The notes beneath the pieces are model-generated. The model saw only the letters and a program-made list of their open reading frames with translations. It was not told the origin of the DNA and ran no database searches. A stretch of DNA of 63,783 nucleotides, counting the filler, from Licmophora abbreviata (taxonomy: Eukaryota), in NCBI GenBank assembly GCA_900291995.1. It is 11 parts of 11 records of this genome, joined end to end, with 100 filler letters (N's around TTAATTAATTAA, not from the genome) between each part and the next. Parts side by side here need not be neighbours in the genome. Positions count along the whole stretch, not along the records: positions 1 to 12,722 come from OLMU01002968.1; 10 more parts are not named here. One strand, written 5' to 3'. Both the position numbers and the translations under genes were made by a program. Shown in pieces: positions 1 to 9,726 of the stretch (its first letter is position 1; each line of letters starts with the position of its first letter).

Positions 1-23
1 TCCCGGGCAAAACATTCGTCCGC

Positions 24-1151
24 ATGCGGCGACAAAAAACTGGCGCCAATATAGAGTCTGCGAGGTTTCCTGAAAAATCTGCAGTAGTCCTTGAGCACGC
101 ACAAGAAGGAAACGTTTCCAGACGTAAGTTCCTTTCGACTGCGGTCGCTGCGACAGTCGCGACGACATCGTTATTGGCAGTGTCGACTCCCGAAGTCAAC
201 GCGGCTCCTCTTAGCTCCACAAATCTAAAAGACTACCCGAATAGCAACCTGATCGCGTCGACCGCCGCTCCTGCTGTCGACTGGCAAGCAATCGTGCAAA
301 AAGCCACCAAGAAGGCGCTTGGAGGTGGCAAAGCTGGGGCATCCGCCGCTGTCGTGCAAGTCTCCAGTCTTATGTGGCTTCGTACCGCGATGAATTACCA
401 GTATCGATACGGGGGTGACCTTGGAACATCGCTAAAGAAACTCTGGAAAGATGGTGGTATCCCCCGTTTATATCAGGGACTGCCATTTGCCATTGTTCAG
501 GGCCCGCTCACACGCTTTGGTGATACGGCCGCCAACGTGGGCATCCTAGCTTTGCTCGAAAGCTTTGAGAGTACGGCATCGCTTCCGCTCCCCGTCAAGA
601 CAGCATGCGGGAGTGCCGCTGCTGGGCTTTGGAGAATTGTGTGTATGCCGATTGACAGCTCCAAAACAGTCATGCAGGTAGAGGGGAATGACGGGCTGAA
701 GCGTCTTTGGGACAAGGTTGGTGAACAGGGCCCATCGCCACTCTACCAGGGAGCCTTGGCTTCGGCGGCAGCGACTGCTGTTGGACACTTTCCTTGGTTC
801 CTGACCTATAATTTTCTCAATGATAACCTTCCGACCGTTTCAGCGAATGACGATCTGTTGCTCGCGCTTGCTCGGGCCGCTTTTGCTGGTCTCTGCGCCT
901 CGTGCGTTTCCGACTGCACCTCGAATAGCTTGCGAGTCATTAAGACTACGAAACAGACTGGCGCTTTGAGCGGTGACCAAGACGGAGAAGTTAAGTCGGA
1001 GCTGACGTACAAAGAGACGCTTGACTTGATTTTGAAAGAGGACGGTGTAGCCGGGCTCTTCGGACGAGGCCTCCAGACACGACTTCTCTCCAATATGATT
1101 CAAGGAGCAGCCTTCAGCGTACTTTGGAAATACTTTCAGCAAGTTGGTTAG
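24..1151 (+). CDS. Divergent mitochondrial-carrier-family (SLC25-like) transporter with N-terminal targeting-like extension; may be 5'-incomplete
   Basis: Carrier-like repeats MWLRTAMNYQ..., MPIDSSKT, NSLRVIKT followed by LYQG/LFGRG and hydrophobic helices. The frame is open to the window edge upstream of ATG 24. Contains SRRKFL+hydrophobic+VNA segment. Confidence 0.8.
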   Translation: MRRQKTGANIESARFPEKSAVVLEHAQEGNVSRRKFLSTAVAATVATTSLLAVSTPEVNAAPLSSTNLKDYPNSNLIASTAAPAVDWQAIVQKATKKALGGGKAGASAAVVQVSSLMWLRTAMNYQYRYGGDLGTSLKKLWKDGGIPRLYQGLPFAIVQGPLTRFGDTAANVGILALLESFESTASLPLPVKTACGSAAAGLWRIVCMPIDSSKTVMQVEGNDGLKRLWDKVGEQGPSPLYQGALASAAATAVGHFPWFLTYNFLNDNLPTVSANDDLLLALARAAFAGLCASCVSDCTSNSLRVIKTTKQTGALSGDQDGEVKSELTYKETLDLILKEDGVAGLFGRGLQTRLLSNMIQGAAFSVLWKYFQQVG

Positions 1152-1193
1152 GGTACAAAAATAATCGTATCTATGATTTAGCGACCATGTATT

Positions 1194-3667
1194 CTACTTT
1201 CCTTCTATCAGTCCCGGTGGGACACTGATCAAGCCTAGTTTTTTGATTGCCCAGCGATCGAGCAGCTCTTGAGGCGGCGTTATGTGAACGGCGCGGTGTG
1301 CCCAGAGTGCATTTGCAATGGCCTGCGCACTTGCATCATCGAGTTGCGCCATCATCGCATCACTCAACTTCGCAAAGACTTTGTCGTCACGGAACTCCAT
1401 CCTTCCGAGCCCATACAAAATGTTGGCGGATTCTTGAGGATTCGGTACTATCGATGGATGTAGGATACGAGTCACCAAAGCTGTCATGACTTCAGGGCCT
1501 TCGTACCCTAGCCTAGATAAGCCCCAAAGAATGTTAGCCAGCTCTTGAGAGTTGCAGTCTTCCGCCAACTGCGACGCTCGAAAAGCGAAGGCATACACCG
1601 CCGTCAAATCATCAGTGCCGAGACATGCAAGAGCCCATAGACACTGCGATACATCTTTTGCATTGAGCTGTTTGCTCGAGCAGACAAGTAAGACGCATAT
1701 TGCCGAGCACTTGACAAGTACGGAAGCGCACTATCATCATCGATCTCACTGTGCTGGTCTGACTCCCAGACTACCATTTTCCCGCACGCCCAGAGACTCT
1801 GAGCTATCTGGCGATTGGTACATTCGTCAAGCCTTGCTTCCAAAGATTTGGTCAAGTGATCAAAGATGCCCATATCTTGAATATATGAGGCCCTGGCGTA
1901 CGCAACAAGCGCGCTCGACGTCTCGGACGCGGTCAACTGTGTCGAAAGTAGATGCGTGCCGAGGGCATGAAAGAGCTCCGAAAGAAGGGTCCGTGGTGCC
2001 GAGTTCTCCGATTCAACAGAATTTCTCATAATGAGCGAAGTAAGAGCGACAATGGTTCGACAGGCCAACTTCGGCGAACACGCCTCAACGAAATCTGCTT
2101 CAAGCAATTTCTGAACCAGCGAATTCAGCGCATCAACATCGTACTGCCGAGCTCTTGAAAGGAACCAAGCGAAGTTGGCCAGTTCAGCAGAGTCGCATCG
2201 AGCCAGAAACTTCTTGTCACAGAACAAAAGATGAGCGGCCTGCGAGAAAGGCACCAAGACATCTCTGTCGCCCGAGTGTAGCAATACGGAGGACCTGAGT
2301 ATTGTGTTGGCGGTACGTGGCGGGACGGCTGTGGGGTTTCGATCCACAAGGTCGAGAAATCGTTCTCCCAGGAGCCGGGAAGCATTAGGATAATGAGTTG
2401 CTCCAAGGCTTTGTAACGAGGCCAAAATCCGTGTAATGTCAGCTAAGGTAGCTCGTTGCCATGTTTTGTCGTTGCGAATATCGGCGCAAACTACATTCAG
2501 CGTCGGATGCGTTGAATTCACATCGAACGATGCACAGGCCGACAAGACCTCGGCAGTCTGTGCAACCGAAAGAGATCTGCAGTTCGGTTCTGCGCCAGTG
2601 AAGGCAGTGTGGCGACAAGATATTTCACGGAGCAACGTGTGCACTAGTGTTTCAGCCTCGCCGTAGAGATCGTCGACTGCTCCGTCATCTCTGGCCTCGT
2701 TCAAGTTGGAAAGACGCCGAGCAACAGATATCATCTGACACACGTCTCGAATGTCCGCCTTTTCTCGTACAACCTTCTTTCTCCAACGTCTCATGAATGC
2801 TTTCATTCCACTTTCATGGAGACAGTCCAGTACAGTCATCGCACGTAGCGCTGTTGTCAAGTCCCGTGACGAAAGAACTGATAGAGCATCTCCTTTTTCA
2901 AGTCGGTCGTAACTGAGCGCCAGAAGGAAAGGCCGTCGTAGCCGCAGAGCAGATAACGAGTCAAGCATGTCGATCAACCGTTTGGGGCCAAGCGTTTTCG
3001 TCAGCTGGTCAGGCTGCTTCTCTAAGAGAAGGCAGACTTTGGTCGCCAGCGGCACCATCTTGCCCTCACCCGCCGATAGAGCGCCAAGTGCAACGAGAAT
3101 GTCGGACAAAGAGTACAAGCTGATGAGATGCTTTTCAGACGACTCATTCGGAGTCAATGCCATTGCTACTCGTCCACCAACGTTCTTCAGTAGGGCAACA
3201 AGATACTGTGCAGCAACTTCGCGATCGGCATCGTCTATCGATGCTTCGTCCCTCGCTGCTCTGCTTCTGCACGATACATCGACAAGCTTCCGGAGTGCAA
3301 GCGCGGCTACATTCGGCGAAACACCCTTCACAATTGAGCTAGTCGACGAGTCTGGATCGTCGTAGCTCAAATTTGCGGCGGCCCCCCGCAAAACCTCGAC
3401 TACTTCACTGGTTGTTCGACTCTGTTTGAGTAGCTCCCGAAACCGTGCTTCGGCTTGGGCGGTATCACCAGGCTGCAGCTCGGAGCTGCCGCTGTGACCC
3501 CCTAAGGCATGATAGACCCCGTTCGACGCAACGGACTTTAAGTTCGGTTTGGGGAGTGGCACAGGCACGAATGCTGCCACCGCCCGTGCTTGAACGATCA
3601 TCGTCCAACATACGGCCGCCGCTACCCCCGAGAGGACAGCGCAAACTCGCCGGTGGTGTCGCCGCAT
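1194..3667 (-). CDS. Plastid-targeted helical-repeat (OPR/HPR/FAST-like) putative RNA-binding protein; one frameshift at ~1672
   Basis: Signal peptide ending AVAA-FVP. Repeats SAELANFAW, NRQIAQSLWA, AKDVSQCLWA, SQELANILWG, PQESANILYG, AQAIANALWA. ORFs 1604-3667 and 1194-1607 join if the T3 run at 1671-1673 is T4. Confidence 0.75.
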
Positions 3668-4162
3668 TCTCCAGAATTGATACCGACTGTCAATCTTTCT
3701 ATACTTTCCATGAAGTCAACACGAAATCATTCGTCTTTGTCCATCAGAGACGGCAGCGATCCAGGATCCAGAGGTGCGCAGTGTCGCCAACGATAGTGAT
3801 GAGTGTTGATGGGTTGAGAGCTGCCTTATTTCATATTGTCTTTCAATAGCGCGCGTTGATGCGCCTGCCTGCCAATGATATTTTCCAGCGCTCAGTCCTG
3901 AAAGATACGAACAAACGATAACAAGGTAATACACTAATAACGATGGGGTATTGCGGCAAGAACGACGTAGGAAACGAAGAATCAATCAATTCAACTCGTT
4001 TCGGAAGACGTCTAAGAATTTGTTTGAAGAAGAACTAGCTAGCAGGTTCATCCTAAGTCCTGGGCTCTGTTGGTAGTAATATTCACGAAACTTGGTTGGG
4101 ATATTCTGTGTCAGGGCGAAGTATCCCCACGGAACCTGTGGGAACGGTACTCATCACACTCC

Positions 4163-5008
4163 TCAGCCCTTTATCAAACTTGTCTTTGGAGATGCCGTGA
4201 CTTGAAAACTTTCGGCGACTTGTCGGAGTTGTTCTTCTTTTTTGTTGAATCGAGGAGCCGTCGATCCTGTGACGAGCATTACAATCGAATCTCCCATCCG
4301 CCTTGTTGCGATGTAGACTCGGCGCTCGCTCTCTCGCATGGCAGGCGTCAGTGACGTGAATGATACCTTGTAGAGCTGGTCGGAAACAATAGGAGTGATC
4401 GCAATGTCGTAGGGTGCCCCGTAAGCGCCATACTTGCCCTGCGATGAAAAGACAGTGGTCGAGAAAAATTCCTTGGAGAGTTTGTTGTTCTTGTTGCCCA
4501 CACTGCTACCGTCTACCACCTGAACGAAAGCCGATTCTGGTTCTTGTAAGTTTCTAGTTTCCATCCCACCCGAGGTTTCAAGCAGAGGCCACGGCGAATT
4601 GTAGGACACGAGGACCGGTGTTTTGCCCGCGTCGACCACGAGCTCCGCAAAGACGTCTCCATTTCGCTGCTGCGTTGGCTTGCTCGCTTCGTTGAAAAAG
4701 ACCACTCCCGTCTCTGGTTTGGTCTTGCCCAGCCCTCCCGCACCGGTACCACCTCGAAACGCGTGTGCCACGGGTGGGAAGTAAACCGTCACTGCAGCCA
4801 CGGTCGTGAGAAACGCCGAACGTGACACCCCTCCGGCGCAGCATGTGTTGATGTCCTCTCGTCGTGTACTTGATGTTGCAGCCAGTGCATTTCTTTCAGC
4901 CAAAGCTCCTCTGTTTCTTCCACTCAATGAAGTTACCGGGCTAAGCGCTTCTACTGTGTAAGCCAAACAGAGCAGGGCGGGGAAGAAGCTCGTCGTCAAG
5001 CCTACCAT
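4163..5008 (-). CDS. Putative thylakoid-lumen PsbP-like domain protein
   Basis: ATG 5008 signal peptide (…TVEA-LSP), then RSAFL+hydrophobic+AHA lumen-signal-like segment. C-terminus YKVSFTSLTP…ERRVYIAT…MLVTGS…LRQVAESFQV resembles the PsbP/Mog1 fold. Confidence 0.6.
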   Translation of the reverse strand: MVGLTTSFFPALLCLAYTVEALSPVTSLSGRNRGALAERNALAATSSTRREDINTCCAGGVSRSAFLTTVAAVTVYFPPVAHAFRGGTGAGGLGKTKPETGVVFFNEASKPTQQRNGDVFAELVVDAGKTPVLVSYNSPWPLLETSGGMETRNLQEPESAFVQVVDGSSVGNKNNKLSKEFFSTTVFSSQGKYGAYGAPYDIAITPIVSDQLYKVSFTSLTPAMRESERRVYIATRRMGDSIVMLVTGSTAPRFNKKEEQLRQVAESFQVTASPKTSLIKG

Positions 5009-5305
5009 GGTCGTCGGTTCTATGTTGAATGTATGATACCAAAAATGCATGCTCGAACGGCGAGCTTTCCTGACGTCATGTGCGAGCTCGCCCTACTCAT
5101 CTTTTTGGCGCTTCATGCGCGATCATGAAGACGACACGCGCGACGAGAGACGACGGCTGCCACAGAATCAAAGAAACCAAAAAAGACAAAAAACACACCA
5201 TGCTCGTCAACCTCATCAACGAGAGATCCATAAGCTACAGTACTTACTACCTTTCGAATACATCTCTTTGCAGGGAAAAGACGGTCGTTTTACGAAGAAG
5301 AAAGC

Positions 5306-6956
5306 ATGTTCTCTGCGATAGCTCGTTCGAGTCGCTTCGCGGTCGTCGCTGATGCCAGGATCCTTAGCGCAGTATCGTCCTTCTCTGCTCCGATGCCAAT
5401 ACATGCTTTCTCCCAGCAGAGCACGCGATGGGTCAGCAACGCCCGAACAGAATTCGAAGACAAGTATCACCTAGGCCGCTCTTTATCGAAATTCGACATT
5501 TCACCCGCCCAACAGACACGGTGGGAAAAGAAAATGTCGAAAAAGCCTGAGCCCTGGACGCTCGAACCCCTTGAACATAACTTCGTGGCAGGCTACGAAG
5601 CAGAGGCGCTCCAGAAGATTCACAAGCTTTCGTTCGACGTGAATGTATTGCTCGAGATACGAGACGTCCGTCTACCAGCCTCTACTCACAATCCCTCCTT
5701 TACGCGTCTCGCGAAGCACCGCTTGCACTTGATTTGCTACACGCATGCGGACATGATTGACTCTGCGACGCGTGACAAGGTCGAGGCCTGGACTCTCAAG
5801 AGCTGGCCTAAATCCCGCAGCATCTTTGTCGATACGCGAGAAAACCGGACTGCTGCCGAGGAACCTTTTGATTTGCTTTATGACAGTCTCGTGAAACATT
5901 TGGAGTCGAAAGGGGGGATGAACGTTGCGCTCACCGTCGGTGTAGCAAACACTGGCAAATCTAGCCTGCTCCTGTGTTTGATTCGCAACGCCCGAAAGCG
6001 CGGGCTTCTCCCAAAAAAACTCAAAGCGTCTATGAACGTGATTCGAAAGAGGGGGAAGAAGCGACAAATGAAAAAGGCTGGAACTCCGGGAATTCAGGAT
6101 AAGCCTGGAAAGACGAAAGAAATCACGGAATACATGCTTCGAGAAAAACCCCGAGTCTTCTTTATGGATGTACCGGGTATGACACCTCCGAGCTTTTTCT
6201 TCAAGGAACGTCCAGAGGCATGGTTTGGTATGGCCGCAGCGAACCTGATTCCTTTGTCAAAGGACACGGAGAAGGATCCAAACTCGCAGATTGCTATCTG
6301 CGACTATGTACTCACCTCTCTCAATGCGAATGGCAACTTTGGGTACGTTTCCAAGTTAGGCATGAACGCACCATCCGACGACATCATACATGTCTTATCG
6401 CACCTTGCCAAGGCAAAGAAAAACGAGGACTCCAGCAAGCTGCGCCTACGGCAAAGCCGAATTTTTCTTAAGTTCCTGAATACTGGAAATCTTGGGTCCG
6501 CGATTCTGGATGACATCAGAAAGCCGTACCGGCCCTTTGTATTTAAGGATTCTCATTTTCAAAAGAAAGATGACAGAAAGGATGATTACAGGTCGCAGAG
6601 AAGGAAAGAACAGAAACGCATCGATGATTTTGACAAGCAAAGCTTCAAGAGAAACGACTTTCAAATGGACGATGACGATATGGAAGACTACGACATGGAT
6701 GATGAAGACATGGAAGACTATGGCGATTATGACATGGATGATTCCGACATGGATGATGATGAACCTGGAAGACTTTGACGAGGAGGACGACAACGAAGAC
6801 TACGACGATGAAGATTATGACGACGGAGAAGACGATGAAGATTATGACGACGGAGAGGACGATGAAGACTACGACGATGAAGATTATGACGACGGAGAAG
6901 ACGATGAAGACTACGACGATGAAGATGACGATGATGAAAGTGGTCCGAAGCATTAG
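5306..6956 (+). CDS. RbgA/YlqF/MTG1-type circularly permuted ribosome-biogenesis GTPase with acidic tail; frameshift at ~6764
   Basis: LEIRDVRLPASTHNP, G1 GVANTGKSS, G2 PGKTK, G3 DVPG. Arg/Ser-rich mitochondrial-like presequence. The D/E/Y tail continues in the +1 frame to TAG 6956. Confidence 0.85.
6795..6920 (+). repeat. Coding minisatellite of 15-nt and 27-nt units (EDYDD / EDYDDGEDD)
   Basis: Units gaagactacgacgat and gaagattatgacgacggaga(a/g)gacgat in the order 15,27,27,15,27,15. Confidence 0.9.
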
Positions 6957-7144
6957 CCGCTCGGAGACCGTGAGGTGGGATTCAAAGTCCGCGCCACTCC
7001 ATGTTTTGGCGGGGCTCTCAAAATCGAACAAAACATTACCAAACGAGTTAGTAGGTTGTATTGGTCTTATACGTGTACCCGAAGGGAAGCCGGCAGAGAC
7101 ATCGCGCAGTCCGCCAGAAAAGGCTTTCCTCACTGCGACATACG

Positions 7145-8043
7145 CTAACCATCACCCGCCATCATCTCAATTGTCTCTTCGATAGTCATGGTACCATCCA
7201 TATTGACTGTCGTCTTGACTGTCTTTTTGGTTCCGTCGGGGAGCATCGTCTCTTCAATCGTAACCTGTCCTGGTTCTGGCATCGAGTCTCGATCAGCCGC
7301 CATTTCCTCCTGTTCTCCTGGATCTTCGACGTCACGAGGACCTTGTTTCTTCGATGGACGCGTTGGATCCGTGTTGTTGCTTTCATGGACAGTCACCATG
7401 AACGTGGGATGAGGCGGGGGCGGTACCAAGAAACTGAGAACGGCCATTGCAATGAGCAAGGCAATGTTGAATGTCGCAATGATGCCTGCCGCGCCCATGG
7501 TACACTGATCGACATCTTTGCAGGATTCCGTAGCAAAGATCGTGTAGGTAAGGATAGTGCAGAAGGTTGCAATGAGAAAGAGGATGCGAAGTGTCAACCA
7601 GAGCGTTTTCGACCATATGCGGAGAAAAAGCTGCATCGAAACCACGATGACACAGGCGACTCCAGCACAGAGAGCCGCGATCACTCCAAAGGCCTTTGCC
7701 GTTTTGGCAGGAGCATCAAAGGCTTCGTCTTCGTATGCGACGCAGCGAGTTTTGTCGTCTCCTACGTCATATCGAAAGAGACCGAAGCCCGAAAGGTCGC
7801 TTCGATCCGTGTCCTCGAAACCAATCAAGACGTAACGGCAGTTGGAAATGACCACAACGGCAAAGATGAAAGCTAGAATTGACATTCCAAAGATAGTCCA
7901 CCTGTAAGATCGAATTCGATGGGAGACGAGGTGTCAGTATGTGAGCGAGGAACTGCAGTCGCACATCGTCACGCAAGACCGGCGCGGGAACAATTTTGGA
8001 CGTACCTGACACGCTTTCGCGAAACTATTGAATCAAAAACCAT
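7145..8043 (-). CDS. Four-TM membrane protein of unknown function (claudin-like topology); 2 exons
   Basis: ATG 8043, GT-AG intron 8005-7902 joins MVFDSIVSRKRVR-WTIFGMSILA. Four hydrophobic helices, GFGLFRY…C loop, C-terminal ETMLPDGTKKTVKT motif. Confidence 0.7.
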
Positions 8044-8573
8044 GTTTTCAAGTATGTGAGAGAGCAGAGTAGATCGAAGGAACGGTAGAAGGCGTTTGGG
8101 CGATCACAGTTGCGCTGCCTGGACCGGGGTCGAAATTAGAAATTATGAGGCAATATTTATCAATCTTTCCATGTTTCCATCTTGCCATCCAAGATCAAAG
8201 TTAGTCTTGTCGGGAAAACTTTATCGCTCGTGCTTCCTATACTCAAGTAGGATTGTTTATATTTGCTACGGACAGAGATCAGTCTCCACGCTTCAGAGTA
8301 GAGTGACGTGGACCACATTGAATATGAAAGATATTTTCATGTATATAAATGAATCAGAAGAGGCAACCGCGCGCCAGCACGCCGGCGACGCTCGAAAGAT
8401 CCAAAGATCCATCGTCGCGATCCATCATTCCGACCGTGATGATGAAGCGTGCCTCCGACCGTGGACTACACCTTCGACAGCAGTATTGCCGCAGGCACAC
8501 TGCTGTTAGATCATCTCTATATACATTCTTCAATTTGCTCACCATCTTTGTCGACGTGACGGCTGCTGCTGCA

Positions 8574-9404
8574 ATGACGACGACGACGACGACGACATCA
8601 ACAAGTACTCAGCAACGGCTGTCGGGTCAACGAATCTTGGTAACGGGCGGTGGCCGAGGAATCGGACGAGCCATTGCGCTCCTCTGCCATCGCCAAGGAG
8701 CCCAAGTCGCTATTACTTCCCGTACCCGAGCGGAACTGGAAGAAACTGCATCTCTGGCAACACTATCAGACGATACTTGTTCTCGCCCCGTCGCAATGAT
8801 GGAGATCTACACTGCCGACGTGACGAAGCAAGAGGAGGTCGAGACGTTCGTTTCCGATCTGACTCACAAATGGGGTGGCATCGATGTACTGGTTAATAAC
8901 GCTGGGGCATCGCAGCCCACAAAGGGTCCATCAGAAACGTTAGACTCGGACGATCTCAGTCGACTGTTGGATATCAACCTTGTTGCTGTGCACAGGGTAA
9001 CGTCCGCCGTGCTCCGACACTGCATGCTGCCGGCAGGAGCTGGAAGGATTGTCAATATATCCTCACGGGCGGGCAAGGTGGGCCTGCCCAACGTTTCCTT
9101 TTACGTTGCAAGTAAGTTTGCACTGGAGGGTCTCACAGCATCGCTTGCCGAGGAACTCAAGGATAGAAATGTTCAAGTCAATACACTGTCACCAGGCATG
9201 GTCGACACAACATCCTTTCCAAAAGCACCGGGTCGACCGGGAGTTCGAAGTGCAGAGTCGGTGGAGGATGGCTTCTTTGCGGTATTGGAAAGTGACGTCA
9301 CTGGGCATTATCTTCATGTCGATGAGTTGGACGAAGCGAGGGCCAAAGGTCTAGCTGACAATGTTGCTCTCAAGCCGATTCGCGAGCCTCTCTTTAAACC
9401 ATGA
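8574..9404 (+). CDS. Short-chain dehydrogenase/reductase (classical SDR)
   Basis: TGGGRGIG, NNAG, NISS, YVASK, PGMVDT motifs. The start could be further upstream (ORF open from 8349). Confidence 0.9.
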   Translation: MTTTTTTTSTSTQQRLSGQRILVTGGGRGIGRAIALLCHRQGAQVAITSRTRAELEETASLATLSDDTCSRPVAMMEIYTADVTKQEEVETFVSDLTHKWGGIDVLVNNAGASQPTKGPSETLDSDDLSRLLDINLVAVHRVTSAVLRHCMLPAGAGRIVNISSRAGKVGLPNVSFYVASKFALEGLTASLAEELKDRNVQVNTLSPGMVDTTSFPKAPGRPGVRSAESVEDGFFAVLESDVTGHYLHVDELDEARAKGLADNVALKPIREPLFKP

Positions 9405-9726
9405 TGATTGACGATGCTTATTTTAGCGAAGTAAATACTGCCCAAATATGTCCTATGGATACTCAGAGAAGCAGCGGCTGTTGGTGAATCGCGAGAAAGC
9501 TTAAGCATGTATATTCCTATACCCACTCGATTGCTTGCTACAGGTGTTTGGTACGGCAAATCAGACGTCTACTAGTTCGATTGCATCATACTGCAGCTAG
9601 ATACCACAGACCACTCTCCAGTCTTCGCTGCCAGTATGGCCATCGCTAGTTTGGTTTGAACCCTATGTACATATGAAAAAATGGTTCTTGCGTCGCAGCA
9701 CTTCATGCCCTCCGAGCCCTTGGTCG

